Made by a program: the position numbers and the translations under genes
Source of the DNA: an uncultured Bacteroidales bacterium
Lineage (GTDB): Bacteria > Bacteroidota > Bacteroidia > Bacteroidales > UBA7960
NCBI GenBank assembly: GCA_964614525.1
Contig: CAZTPA010000006.1
Span: 6,285 to 70,284, forward strand
DNA: 64,000 nt
Direction of reading: 5' to 3'
Shown: positions 9,321 to 18,879 of the stretch, one piece after another
How positions within the stretch are numbered: position 1 is the stretch's first letter
Layout: the number at the start of each line of letters is the position of its first letter
Notes under the pieces: generated by a model
What the model was told of the DNA's origin: nothing
What the model saw: the letters and a program-made list of their open reading frames with translations, nothing else
The model's database searches: none

Positions 9321-11051
9321 CTAAGCTATTCCGGGGATTGAATTTATCAATTTTTGAGTATACTCTGAGGCAGGTTTTTCATAAAGCTTATCAGCTTCTT
9401 CAAGTTCAATTATTTTACCATTTTGCATTACCATAATTCTATCTGCCATATATTTCACTACCGATAAATCGTGAGAAATAAAAATATATGTCAGACCGTA
9501 ATCCTCCTTTAGTTGGTTAAGCAGATTTAAAACCTGCGCCTGAACTGATACATCAAGAGAAGATACAGATTCATCACAAACAATAAAATCGGGATTAAGA
9601 GCTAATGCTCTTGCAATACAAACTCTCTGTCTTTGGCCCCCACTAAATTCCTGGGGATATCTATTATAATGCTTTTTATCTAAACCAACTTTCTCGAGCA
9701 ATTCTATAACTCTTTTTTTTCTCTGATGGTCTGAATCCAGGATGCCATGAACTTTCATTGGTTCAAGAATAGCATTGCCAATTGACATTCCTGGTGTAAG
9801 CGAGGCATATGGATCCTGGAAAATAATCTGTATTTTAGTCCTGAGCTTTCTCATTTCTCTATTGCTAAGCTTTGAAATCTCAGTTCCATTGTATAATATT
9901 TTCCCGGCTTTGGGATCAATAAGCCTAAGTATAGTTCTCCCTAAAGTTGTTTTTCCGCAGCCTGACTCCCCTACCAAACCAAGTGTTTCTCCTTTAAACA
10001 ATGCAAAACTAACATCATCAACAGCTTCATGTGATCGAAGCACTCTGCCAAAAAAATTTCTTTTAATTACAAAAGATGTCTTTAAGCTTTCAACAGTTAA
10101 TATTGGTGGTTCGGAATAAATCTTCTCATGTTGCAATTTCCTTCGCTGAATTAAATTTTCTCTTTCTGAAACAGAACTTTCCTGATTTAGAATATTCTTT
10201 TCTAAAAAATCGCTAACTACTGCTAATCTTTTCGGTCTGTCTTGTAATGACGGTCTGCAATTTATCAAACCGCTGGTGTATGGATGTTTCGGATTATTAA
10301 ATACTTCTGCAGTTTCTCCCGACTCAACAACTTCACCATTATACATTATTATAACTTTTTCAGCTATTTCAGAAACCACACCCAAATCATGAGTTATAAA
10401 CAAAATACTCATCTTATACTTCTTTTGTAGTTCTTTAAGAAGCTTCAAAATACTATTTTGCACAGTAACATCCAGTGCAGTAGTTGGTTCATCGGCAATC
10501 AGCAATGCGGGCTTGCAGGATATTGCCATTGCAATCATAACTCTCTGTCGCTGACCACCGGACAATTGGTGTGGATAACTCTTGTATATTCTTTCCGGAT
10601 TTGGCAATTTAACTTCTTCAAACAATTTTAAAACCCTTTTCTTTACTTCAGAATTAACAAAATCATTATGGGTTTTAATACTTTCTACAAGCTGATTGCC
10701 ACAACTTACAACCGGATTTAGAGAAGACATAGGCTCCTGAAATATCATCCCGATATGACGGCCCCTAATATCTTGCATATCTTTTTCTGTGCAATCTAAA
10801 ATATTAATATCTGCTTTTCCGGGTATTTTTAATAATACTTTTCCTGATAAAATTTTGCTGGCTTTTTTTGGAAGCAATTTCATTATAGATAAAGAAGTAA
10901 CAGTTTTTCCACTACCCGATTCACCCACAATTCCAACGACCTCTCCTCTTTCAACTTTGAAGGAAACATCCTTAACGGCATGATTAACGCCGTCTTCATT
11001 AGGAAAACCTATTGATAAATTATCAACTTGAAGTAAAACATTTTTATTCAT
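9321..11051 (-). CDS. ABC transporter ATP-binding protein with duplicated ATPase domains (Dpp/Opp-type, YejF-like)
   Basis: Two Walker A sites (GESGSGKT, GESGCGKT), two LSGGQRQR signatures and two Walker B sites. I take the start at MNKNVLLQ (ATG at 11051). The listed ORF extends to 11153 through an implausible hydrophobic leader. Confidence 0.9.
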   Translation of the reverse strand: MNKNVLLQVDNLSIGFPNEDGVNHAVKDVSFKVERGEVVGIVGESGSGKTVTSLSIMKLLPKKASKILSGKVLLKIPGKADINILDCTEKDMQDIRGRHIGMIFQEPMSSLNPVVSCGNQLVESIKTHNDFVNSEVKKRVLKLFEEVKLPNPERIYKSYPHQLSGGQRQRVMIAMAISCKPALLIADEPTTALDVTVQNSILKLLKELQKKYKMSILFITHDLGVVSEIAEKVIIMYNGEVVESGETAEVFNNPKHPYTSGLINCRPSLQDRPKRLAVVSDFLEKNILNQESSVSERENLIQRRKLQHEKIYSEPPILTVESLKTSFVIKRNFFGRVLRSHEAVDDVSFALFKGETLGLVGESGCGKTTLGRTILRLIDPKAGKILYNGTEISKLSNREMRKLRTKIQIIFQDPYASLTPGMSIGNAILEPMKVHGILDSDHQRKKRVIELLEKVGLDKKHYNRYPQEFSGGQRQRVCIARALALNPDFIVCDESVSSLDVSVQAQVLNLLNQLKEDYGLTYIFISHDLSVVKYMADRIMVMQNGKIIELEEADKLYEKPASEYTQKLINSIPGIA

Positions 11052-11196
11052 AAAAGCAATAATAATTGACAAGCCCGGTTTAAAATAAAAACAAAAGTAT
11101 TGAAAGGCTTTTTGTAACTTTGTTATTCTGTGCGAAGTAACAAAAAAAAGCATTTACTTTATTCTATTTTTTCTTAATTATAAACCGGAACAAAAA

Positions 11197-11763
11197 ATGA
11201 AACCTTACATTATTACTATTCTTATAATGATTTTTAGTTTATCTGCATGCAACTTCACTAAAGAAGAAAGCAAAACAGAATCAGACAATATTAATCAGCG
11301 AGAATATATCATCAGCAACTTTCTCGACAATATTAAACATTCTTTTTGTGAGAAAACACCTAATATTCAAGATATCAGGCATAAGCAAGACATGATATAT
11401 GCAGATATAAGTTCATTAAAAAACATAAAATGCAGCGATAATGAAATTCGCTTTGAATTTTCTCTCGAAGATGAAGGAAGTTTATCAATAATTTTAACTT
11501 CTCTAAAAGATCAATTAATATTAAAACATGACTTAAGGGACAAAGACCATGCACCTGCTGAGATAACAATGTTTGGAGGATTTGCGGAAACTTCCGAAAA
11601 CAGCAATAAAATAATATTTCCATCACATAGATTTGGCACACAAAGAATGTGGCCGGGATATGAAAACACATCCTGGGAATTAGAATGGAAAGAAGAGCAG
11701 AAAAAACTTACCTATAAAGAATTTAAAAACGGTGAAGAAATGTTAATGCTGTCAGTTTATTAA
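11197..11763 (+). CDS. Hypothetical lipoprotein
   Basis: 188 aa with a signal peptide and lipobox (IFSLSAC). No family recognised. Confidence 0.45.
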   Translation: MKPYIITILIMIFSLSACNFTKEESKTESDNINQREYIISNFLDNIKHSFCEKTPNIQDIRHKQDMIYADISSLKNIKCSDNEIRFEFSLEDEGSLSIILTSLKDQLILKHDLRDKDHAPAEITMFGGFAETSENSNKIIFPSHRFGTQRMWPGYENTSWELEWKEEQKKLTYKEFKNGEEMLMLSVY

Positions 11764-11811
11764 TTGGCAATGGAATTGCAAGTATTATTTAGATAATCTT
11801 TTAAATCAGAA

Positions 11812-12237
11812 ATGGATAAATCACAAAACAAAAAATTTTTAAATAGACCAAAGTTAGATGGTGGAAAAACTGCATTGAAGAATTTTATCAAAGAAAATCT
11901 AAAATATCCTAAGGAAGCTTTAGAAAACAATATTCAGGGAGATGTAATTATCATTTATAAAGTAAACTATAATGGAGAAATAATAAACCCTAAAATAACA
12001 AAAGGAATAGGTTATGGCTGCGACGAAGAAGCTTTAAGGCTGGTATCAATGCTTCAATATGAGGCTGTAAATAATCGTGGAGTTAAAATAACGACTAATA
12101 ATAAAATCAAAATTCCATTCAGAATCAAGGAAGCAAAAAAGACTTCTTTGAATATAAGCTACAAAGAAACTGAGAAGTCTTCTCAAAACACCAATAATGA
12201 AGAAAACACATCATATAATTACACAATTTCATTTTAA
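11812..12237 (+). CDS. TonB C-terminal domain-containing protein (no TM or Pro-rich region)
   Basis: 141 aa. YPKEALENNIQGDVIIIYKVNYNGEIINPKITKGIGYGCDEEALRLV... matches the TonB_C pattern. Confidence 0.6.
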   Translation: MDKSQNKKFLNRPKLDGGKTALKNFIKENLKYPKEALENNIQGDVIIIYKVNYNGEIINPKITKGIGYGCDEEALRLVSMLQYEAVNNRGVKITTNNKIKIPFRIKEAKKTSLNISYKETEKSSQNTNNEENTSYNYTISF

Positions 12238-12239
12238 AC

Positions 12240-12698
12240 ATGAACAAGAAACCGATTGTCAGAATAACAAAAGAATTTAGTTTTGAAGCTGCCCATGCCC
12301 TTTGTGGCTATGACGGCTTATGCGAGAGCATACATGGCCATAGTTATAAGTTATTTGTTACAATAATTGGAAATGTCTCCGAAAAACCATCAGACCCAAA
12401 ATTAGGAATGTTAATGGATTTTTCCGGATTAAAAAATATAGTGAAAGAAAAAGTTACTGATATTTTTGACCACTCATTAATGATAAAAGAAAGCTCACCC
12501 CAAGCAAGTGAGAATTTTTTTATAAATAATAAATTCAGAGTTATTATTTTAGAATTTCAACCAACCTGCGAAAATCTTGTTGTTTACTTTTCTGAACTAA
12601 TAAAAAAAGAATTATCCGGGAACATTAAACTTCACAGTTTACGTTTACATGAAACCGGCACTGCATATGCTGAATGGTTTGCTGAAGATAATAAATAA
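12240..12698 (+). CDS. queD: 6-carboxytetrahydropterin synthase (6-pyruvoyl-tetrahydropterin synthase family)
   Basis: 152 aa. FSFEAAHAL..Y.G.CESIHGHSYKL and a C-terminal HETGTAYAEW motif. Confidence 0.85.
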   Translation: MNKKPIVRITKEFSFEAAHALCGYDGLCESIHGHSYKLFVTIIGNVSEKPSDPKLGMLMDFSGLKNIVKEKVTDIFDHSLMIKESSPQASENFFINNKFRVIILEFQPTCENLVVYFSELIKKELSGNIKLHSLRLHETGTAYAEWFAEDNK

Positions 12699-12700
12699 AA

Positions 12701-12730
12701 AAAGGTGCACCTTTCGGTAACACCTTTTTC
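12701..12730 (+). terminator. Rho-independent terminator after queD
   Basis: aaaggtg ... caccttt followed by a T-run, 3 nt after the stop codon. Confidence 0.6.
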
Positions 12731-12864
12731 CCACAATTAATAACCACAAAAACTAATACACTAAAAAACCAATTTAGAACTTTGGCATTATTTTAATGTA
12801 AGCTTGCCTCAGTACAAAAGTAGACAATATTTTTACAAAAAAAAGCTAAAACACGCGAATTGCT

Positions 12865-12880
12865 GTTAAATAAAGTTAAA
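12865..12880 (+). promoter_or_regulatory. Direct repeat GTTAAA-N4-GTTAAA (10-bp periodicity), candidate OmpR-family response-regulator site
   Basis: Exact hexamer repeat at 12865-12870 and 12875-12880. It lies 28-43 nt upstream of a TAccTTTG box and ~150 nt upstream of the kinase ATG. Confidence 0.25.
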
Positions 12881-12907
12881 CCCTTAAGCAATTCATTATG
12901 ACAGCTT

Positions 12908-12915
12908 TACCTTTG
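12908..12915 (+). promoter_or_regulatory. Candidate -7 promoter box (TAccTTTG) for the two-component operon
   Basis: Exact TAnnTTTG match. No -33 TTTG at the canonical spacing. Confidence 0.3.
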
Positions 12916-13027
12916 TTTTTAAAATTTTGTATTTAGTAAAAAGGGACTAACTTTATACATTTTCTTATTAAGGTTATTTAGATTGACTTATTATTAACAA
13001 GAGATGCAAAATCTCAAATAAAATTAG

Positions 13028-14638
13028 ATGAAGAAAAATATCATTCTTTTAGTTATAATAATAATAACAGTTTCGTTAATTGGTTTAGTTGGCATTCAGC
13101 TATATTGGATAAGAAATGCAGTTGCAGTTAAGGAAGCTCATTTTGAAAACAATGCCAATGACGCTATTACCAATGCTGTTTACAAATACAACAAAATTGT
13201 TTTAGCGCAAAAGCTTTTGTTAAAAGAAAAGCAAAATCAACAACTAAATTACTTCTTTAATTCCCTTGACTCAATAAACTATGCTCATTTAAATAAAATT
13301 TCACAAGATGAAAAGCATTATCAAAACAACAGTATAGATCCTAATTTCTTTTATTTTGGCGGTGAATTATACATGCAACTTCAGGATTCTGAAGATAGTT
13401 CTGAGATAATAGCTTTTGATACAGCATTTGTAAACAGAAATTCGTCCGCAACCACACAGGGTTATAATAGATATAGGCAAACGCCTGATGCAAATCAACT
13501 TGCATCGCAAAATTATATTGAAAGGAGCAAAATAATCACTGACATTTTAAACGATTTATTTGCCAGTGACCCATCTTTACAGTTAAATGCAGAATTAAAT
13601 AAATCAATTCTTGATTCATTAATTAACAATGAGCTGGAAAATACTGGAATCTTTACTGAATATGAATTTGGAGTGTACGATCCAAAAACCAAGAAGCTTA
13701 CTAATGAAAAAACAGGAAAATATACTGCTAAGCTTCTTGAAGAAGGTTATGTTTTCAGCCTTTTCCCTAGCACTGTATTTAGAAACCCGGAATACTTGCT
13801 GGTTTTTTTCCCATCACAAAAAAGATATATTTTAGCTCAAATGAATGTTATGCTGCTGGTTTCCGGCATTTTAATAATTGTAATTATTACATCCTTTGCA
13901 TATACGATTCTTACTGTTATTAAACAGAAAAAATTATCAATAATGAAAAATGATTTCATTAACAATATGACTCATGAGTTAAAAACTCCAATATCTACAA
14001 TATCATTAGCATGCCAGGCTCTATCAGATAAAGATGTGCAAAAATCTGACAAACTCTATCAGAATTACATCAACATAATTGACGAAGAAAATCAACGACT
14101 TGAGACAATGACAGAGAAAGTATTACAAACTGCTCTGATAGACAAAGGAAAGTTAAAACTCAGCAAGACCTATATTGATATTCATGATATTCTAAACAAT
14201 GCTATTAATAAAATAGGCTTACAAGTGGAGCGCTCAAACGGAACTATTATAACAAACTTCATGGCTGAGCGTAGTATGGTAAAAGCTGATTTTGTGCATC
14301 TTACCAATGTGTTTTTCAATTTGCTGGATAATGCGAATAAATACACAGAATCTTCTCCAAAAATAACTGTATCAACACAAAATAATTCTAAGGGAATTTA
14401 TGTTCATATAAAGGATAATGGAATTGGTATAAGCAAAGCCGGTCAACAAAAAGTTTTTGAGAATTTATATAGAATTTCCACAGGTAATGTGCATAATGTA
14501 AAAGGTTTCGGGCTAGGCTTACCATATGTCAAAAACATTATTGATCTACATAATGGAGAAATCTTATTAGAAAGCGAAATAAAAAAAGGGTCGACATTTA
14601 CAATTTTTGTACCTTTCGATAATAATTCTAAAAATTAA
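13028..14638 (+). CDS. Sensor histidine kinase (two TM segments, ~250-aa extracytoplasmic domain, HisKA + HATPase_c)
   Basis: 536 aa. H-box FINNMTHELKTPIS, N-box LLDNANKYT, G-boxes DNGIGI and GFGLGL. Confidence 0.85.
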   Translation: MKKNIILLVIIIITVSLIGLVGIQLYWIRNAVAVKEAHFENNANDAITNAVYKYNKIVLAQKLLLKEKQNQQLNYFFNSLDSINYAHLNKISQDEKHYQNNSIDPNFFYFGGELYMQLQDSEDSSEIIAFDTAFVNRNSSATTQGYNRYRQTPDANQLASQNYIERSKIITDILNDLFASDPSLQLNAELNKSILDSLINNELENTGIFTEYEFGVYDPKTKKLTNEKTGKYTAKLLEEGYVFSLFPSTVFRNPEYLLVFFPSQKRYILAQMNVMLLVSGILIIVIITSFAYTILTVIKQKKLSIMKNDFINNMTHELKTPISTISLACQALSDKDVQKSDKLYQNYINIIDEENQRLETMTEKVLQTALIDKGKLKLSKTYIDIHDILNNAINKIGLQVERSNGTIITNFMAERSMVKADFVHLTNVFFNLLDNANKYTESSPKITVSTQNNSKGIYVHIKDNGIGISKAGQQKVFENLYRISTGNVHNVKGFGLGLPYVKNIIDLHNGEILLESEIKKGSTFTIFVPFDNNSKN

Positions 14639-14681
14639 GTTAAACTAAACAATATAAATACAACACCTAATATAATAAGCT

Positions 14682-15386
14682 ATGGAAAATGAACAAATGA
14701 AAATACTATTAGCAGAGGATGACCCGAATCTGGGAACAATTCTCAAAGCTTACCTTGAAGCAAAAGGTTTTAACGTAAAACTATTTGTGAATGGCGAGGA
14801 AGCTTTAAAAGCATACTTGAAAGAGCCTTTTGAATTTTGCATCCTTGATGTTATGATGCCTATTAAAGATGGCTTTGCACTTGCTAAAGATATTCGCAAA
14901 ATTGACAAAAATGTTCCGATTTTGTTTTTAACTGCTAAAAACATGCAAGAAGACATAATTGAAGGCTTTAAAATTGGCGCTGACGATTATCTTACAAAAC
15001 CTTTTAGCATGGAAGAATTAATGCTTAGAATAACTGCAATAAGCAGAAGAGCAATACCTGCAAGTGAAACTGACAGTAAAAAAACTTTTTATCAAATAGG
15101 AAAATATTCATTTGATTTTTCTCGTCAGATATTGACTTTTGACGGAGAAGAACAAAAGCTTACTTCCAAAGAATCCAGCCTTTTAAAAATGCTTTGCGAC
15201 AGAATGAATGATGTTTTGGACAGATCACTGGCTCTTAAGAGAATTTGGCTTGATGACAATTATTTTAATGCCAGAAGCATGGATGTTTATATTGCAAAAC
15301 TTAGAAAATACCTAAAGAAAGACCCTGAAGTAGAATTATTAAATGTGCATGGAAAAGGATTTAAATTAATCGCCAATCAGGATTAG
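14682..15386 (+). CDS. rprY: OmpR-family response regulator, RprY-like
   Basis: 234 aa. KILLAEDDPNLG...LDVMMPIKDGFALAKDIR...ILFLTAK...GADDYLTKPFSMEEL closely resembles Bacteroides RprY as I recall it. Winged-helix C-terminus. Confidence 0.8.
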   Translation: MENEQMKILLAEDDPNLGTILKAYLEAKGFNVKLFVNGEEALKAYLKEPFEFCILDVMMPIKDGFALAKDIRKIDKNVPILFLTAKNMQEDIIEGFKIGADDYLTKPFSMEELMLRITAISRRAIPASETDSKKTFYQIGKYSFDFSRQILTFDGEEQKLTSKESSLLKMLCDRMNDVLDRSLALKRIWLDDNYFNARSMDVYIAKLRKYLKKDPEVELLNVHGKGFKLIANQD

Positions 15387-15395
15387 TTCAATAAT

Positions 15396-16784
15396 ATGCA
15401 TGGCCAAAACAGGAAAATTTATACGCTTACAGAACTTGCTGCAAGTTTAAAAAGTATTATTGAAAAAAATTATGCAGCTCTTTATTGGGTTAAAGCTGAA
15501 ATTGCAAAACTTAATCATTACCCCAGAAGTGGGCATGCATATCCTGAACTTGTTGAAAAAGCTGACAATAAATTACTTGCTCAATTTAGAGGTAATATAT
15601 GGGCATCTGATTATATCAATATTAACAATAAATTTATTAAAATTACAGGGGAAGCACTGAAAGACGGAATGCTGATTCTTTGCAAAGTTAGTGTTAGCTT
15701 TCATCCGGTGTATGGCTTATCTTTAACAATTATTGACATAGAGCCTTCTTTCACCCTTGGTGAGATGGCAATACAAAAAGCCAAAACTATTGAAAGATTA
15801 AAAAGTGAGAACATTTTTGATAAAAACAAAACTCTCCCTTTTCCTCTATTGCCTAAAAAAATTGCTGTTATTTCCGTTGAAACAAGTAAAGGCTATAGCG
15901 ATTATCTTAAAATATTAAAAAACTACTCTTCAAAATATCAAATATTTAACAAACTTTTTCCTGCCATTTTGCAGGGTGATCAAGCTGTGAAAACCATTTT
16001 AAAACAATTGCAAATAATCAAAAAATTCCATTCACTATTTGATGCAGTTGCAATAATCAGAGGTGGTGGTGGCGATATTGGCTTGAACTGTTATAACGAT
16101 TATGAGCTTGCTAGGGAGATAGCTAATTTTCCTATTCCTGTAATTAGCGGCATAGGTCATGCAACTAATGAAACAGTTACGGAAATGATTTCCTGGACCA
16201 ACAAAATAACACCAACAGATGTTGCGTACTTTTTCCTTGGATGTTTCGAAGAGTTTTTTCAAAGAATCAAAGATGCTAAACAAACTATAGTTTCTTTAAG
16301 TGAAAAAACACTGGCATTTGAAAAACAACACATTAACCAAACTGTAAAGCTTCTTATTAGTAATACATTGAATACAACTGAAAGAAACAAAAATAATATT
16401 GAAGGTCATAAAAAAACCTTGAGACATTTTACATCGGCATTTACAAAAACAAATCTCGATTTTCTTAGGGACATTTCTATTAGCATAAATCAGATTCATA
16501 ATAAAAACATAATTTTTCAAAATACAATCTTACAGAACATAAATACTGCAATAAAAAATAACGCAATAAATACTTTACGAATAAACTCCGACAAAATAAA
16601 TTTATTGGAAAATAATATAAAGCTCGTAGATCCGGCTAATGTTTTAAAAAAAGGTTATTCAATAAGTATCATAGATGGAAAGATAGTAAACTCGGTAAAG
16701 AACATTTCAAAAGGACAAAAATTAATTACAAAATTAACTGACGGTTTCATTGAAAGTGACGTTATTAAAACAAATAAGTTATGA
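15396..16784 (+). CDS. xseA: Exodeoxyribonuclease VII large subunit
   Basis: 462 aa. N-terminal OB fold (YWVKAEIAKLN...SGHAYPEL), IIRGGGG and GIGHATNET motifs. ATGA overlap with xseB. Confidence 0.9.
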   Translation: MHGQNRKIYTLTELAASLKSIIEKNYAALYWVKAEIAKLNHYPRSGHAYPELVEKADNKLLAQFRGNIWASDYININNKFIKITGEALKDGMLILCKVSVSFHPVYGLSLTIIDIEPSFTLGEMAIQKAKTIERLKSENIFDKNKTLPFPLLPKKIAVISVETSKGYSDYLKILKNYSSKYQIFNKLFPAILQGDQAVKTILKQLQIIKKFHSLFDAVAIIRGGGGDIGLNCYNDYELAREIANFPIPVISGIGHATNETVTEMISWTNKITPTDVAYFFLGCFEEFFQRIKDAKQTIVSLSEKTLAFEKQHINQTVKLLISNTLNTTERNKNNIEGHKKTLRHFTSAFTKTNLDFLRDISISINQIHNKNIIFQNTILQNINTAIKNNAINTLRINSDKINLLENNIKLVDPANVLKKGYSISIIDGKIVNSVKNISKGQKLITKLTDGFIESDVIKTNKL

Positions 16785-16981
16785 CAAAAAATATTTCATA
16801 CTCTGAAGCGATTAGAGAACTGGAAAATATAGTCGCAGAAATAGAAACGGAAAACATTTCTATTGATATATTATCAGACAAAGTAAAACGAGCTGCTGAA
16901 CTGGTAAAGATCTGCAAAAAAGCTCTCAAAACTACCGATATGGAAGTAAAACAAATTTTAGAAGAACTAAAGGACGAGTAA
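16781..16981 (+). CDS. xseB: Exodeoxyribonuclease VII small subunit
   Basis: 66 aa. YSEAIRELENIVAEIE pattern, translationally coupled to xseA. Confidence 0.85.
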   Translation: MTKNISYSEAIRELENIVAEIETENISIDILSDKVKRAAELVKICKKALKTTDMEVKQILEELKDE

Positions 16982-17071
16982 TTTGTGCATATTTATAAGT
17001 ATATTTTTAATTTTGTAAATTAATTATCTCAAATCCTCAGTTTTTGTCTTTTATAAAAAATATTATTACAA

Positions 17072-17488
17072 ATGATCAAACAAACAGCTGCTATAATTTG
17101 CTTATTATTTTTTTCAACTCTCAACATTGCCCAGGACGCAAAAGTTGTCAGTTCAGATGTAGTAGTTCATGATACACTTATAGATTTCTTATTCGAAGCG
17201 CACAAAGATGCCAATTCAAGAAACGGTCATATTGACGGATACCGGGTTCACATATATACAGATTCTGGCATCAGGTCAAAACTACGCACAGACAAGACTA
17301 AAGAAGAGTTTGATGAAAAATATCCGGATATAAATTCGTATATCAGTTATAATGAGCCTAACTACAGGATAAGGGTTGGAGATTTTCGCTCGCGTTTGGA
17401 TGCAAGCAGATTTTTACAGGAAATAAGAAAAGATTATCCGTCAGCATATATTATTCAGGAAAAAATAAATTATCCAATTTTGGATTAA
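17072..17488 (+). CDS. SPOR domain-containing protein
   Basis: 138 aa with a signal peptide. GYRVHIYTDSG...YRIRVGDFRSRLDASRFLQEIRKDYPSAYII matches the SPOR pattern. Confidence 0.7.
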   Translation: MIKQTAAIICLLFFSTLNIAQDAKVVSSDVVVHDTLIDFLFEAHKDANSRNGHIDGYRVHIYTDSGIRSKLRTDKTKEEFDEKYPDINSYISYNEPNYRIRVGDFRSRLDASRFLQEIRKDYPSAYIIQEKINYPILD

Positions 17489-17490
17489 CA

Positions 17491-17530
17491 AAAAAAACGC
17501 TTTTAAGAATTACTTAAAAGCGTTTTTTTT
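17491..17530. terminator. Bidirectional rho-independent terminator between the SPOR gene and fbaA
   Basis: A7 + cgcttttaag/aatta/cttaaaagcg + T8. Confidence 0.75.
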
Positions 17531-17554
17531 GAAACTTTTCTTTACTTAAACAGA

Positions 17555-18634
17555 TTAATTTTTATCCATAGCATTTAGATCTTCAAAGGCAGCTAAAAGC
17601 CTGTCTCTCATACTTTCTTCACCTTTTCTAAGCCATGCTCTTGGGTCATAAAATTTTTTATTTGGTTTATCTTCTCCATCGGGATTGCCAATTTGTCCTT
17701 GAAGATATCCTTCGTTTTTCTGATAAAAGTTCTTCACACCTTCCCAAAAAGTCCACTGCGTATCTGTATCAATGTTCATTTTTACAACACCATATGATAT
17801 CGCTTCTCTAATCTCTTCACGGCTTGAGCCTGAACCACCATGAAAAACAAAACTAACAGGCTTTTCTTCAGTATTAAAATTCTCAACAATAAAATCCTGC
17901 GAATTTTTTAAAATAATCGGCTGCAATTTTACATTTCCAGGTTTGTAAACTCCATGAACATTTCCAAAGGATGCAGCAATAGTAAATTTATCGGAAACAC
18001 TGCTAAGTTCTTTATACATTTTTGAAACTTCTTCCGGCTGTGTATAAAGTCGCGCACTATCGATATCTGTATTGTCAACTCCGTCTTCTTCACCACCGGT
18101 AACCCCAAGTTCCACTTCTAGCGTCATTCCTATTTTTGACATTCTTTCTAAATATTTTTTAGAAATTGCAATATTATCTTCTAAAGTTTCTTCACTTAAA
18201 TCGAGCATATGAGAACTGTATAATGGCTTGCCTGTTTGCTTAAAATGTTCTTCTCCGGCATCTAAAAGGCCATCTATCCATGGCAATAGTTTTTTTGCAG
18301 CATGATCGGTATGCATAATAACTCTTACTCCATACTCTTTAGCAAGCAAATCAACATGTTTAGCACCTGAAACAGCACCAATAATTGTAGCTCTTTGTTC
18401 TTCATTTGAAAGAGATTTACCTGCAAAGAACTGTGCTCCGCCATTAGAAAATTGAATAATTACCGGAGAGTTAGCATCACGTGCAGCTTCTAAAACTGCA
18501 TTCGTTGAGTTTGTTCCGGTTACATTTACTGCAGGCAATGCATAATTCTGTTGCTTTGCAATTCGAAATATTTCCTGCACATCATCTCCGGTAACTATGC
18601 CGGGCTTAATATGTCCCAAATTTTTTACTGACAT
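17555..18634 (-). CDS. fbaA: Class II fructose-bisphosphate aldolase
   Basis: 359 aa. ALPAVNV, HTDHAAKK, LEVELGVTGGEEDGV, FGNVHGVY and FVFHGGSGS motifs. Confidence 0.95.
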   Translation of the reverse strand: MSVKNLGHIKPGIVTGDDVQEIFRIAKQQNYALPAVNVTGTNSTNAVLEAARDANSPVIIQFSNGGAQFFAGKSLSNEEQRATIIGAVSGAKHVDLLAKEYGVRVIMHTDHAAKKLLPWIDGLLDAGEEHFKQTGKPLYSSHMLDLSEETLEDNIAISKKYLERMSKIGMTLEVELGVTGGEEDGVDNTDIDSARLYTQPEEVSKMYKELSSVSDKFTIAASFGNVHGVYKPGNVKLQPIILKNSQDFIVENFNTEEKPVSFVFHGGSGSSREEIREAISYGVVKMNIDTDTQWTFWEGVKNFYQKNEGYLQGQIGNPDGEDKPNKKFYDPRAWLRKGEESMRDRLLAAFEDLNAMDKN

Positions 18635-18879
18635 AATAATTTTGTATTTAATTTATAATTAAGGTTTAATTTGTTTCATTGGAATCGTCACAAATTTAGT
18701 GTTTTTATAAACAATTAAAAAGAGGTTTTACTGCTTGTATTTTTTTGAAACTCTCAAATAAAAATTAAAACCATTTAGCATTGAAATCACTAACTTTGCA
18801 ATCAAATTTATTTATTCTGTTAATACAACATTCCTTGCTTAAAAAAGTTATATCAAACAAACATAAAACATTAAAAAAA

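Noticed and set aside
11052-11153. N-terminal extensions of listed ORFs (ABC ATPase to 11153, proS to 40421, lipoprotein from 18781, zinc-ribbon protein to 44623, OMP to 24351).
   Set aside because: The extensions encode hydrophobic or odd residues not found in these families. Internal ATG codons give canonical N-termini (MNKNVLLQV.., [16 protein letters not shown].., MKNILIISLL...C, MTKVSK.., MMKNFLVIV..).
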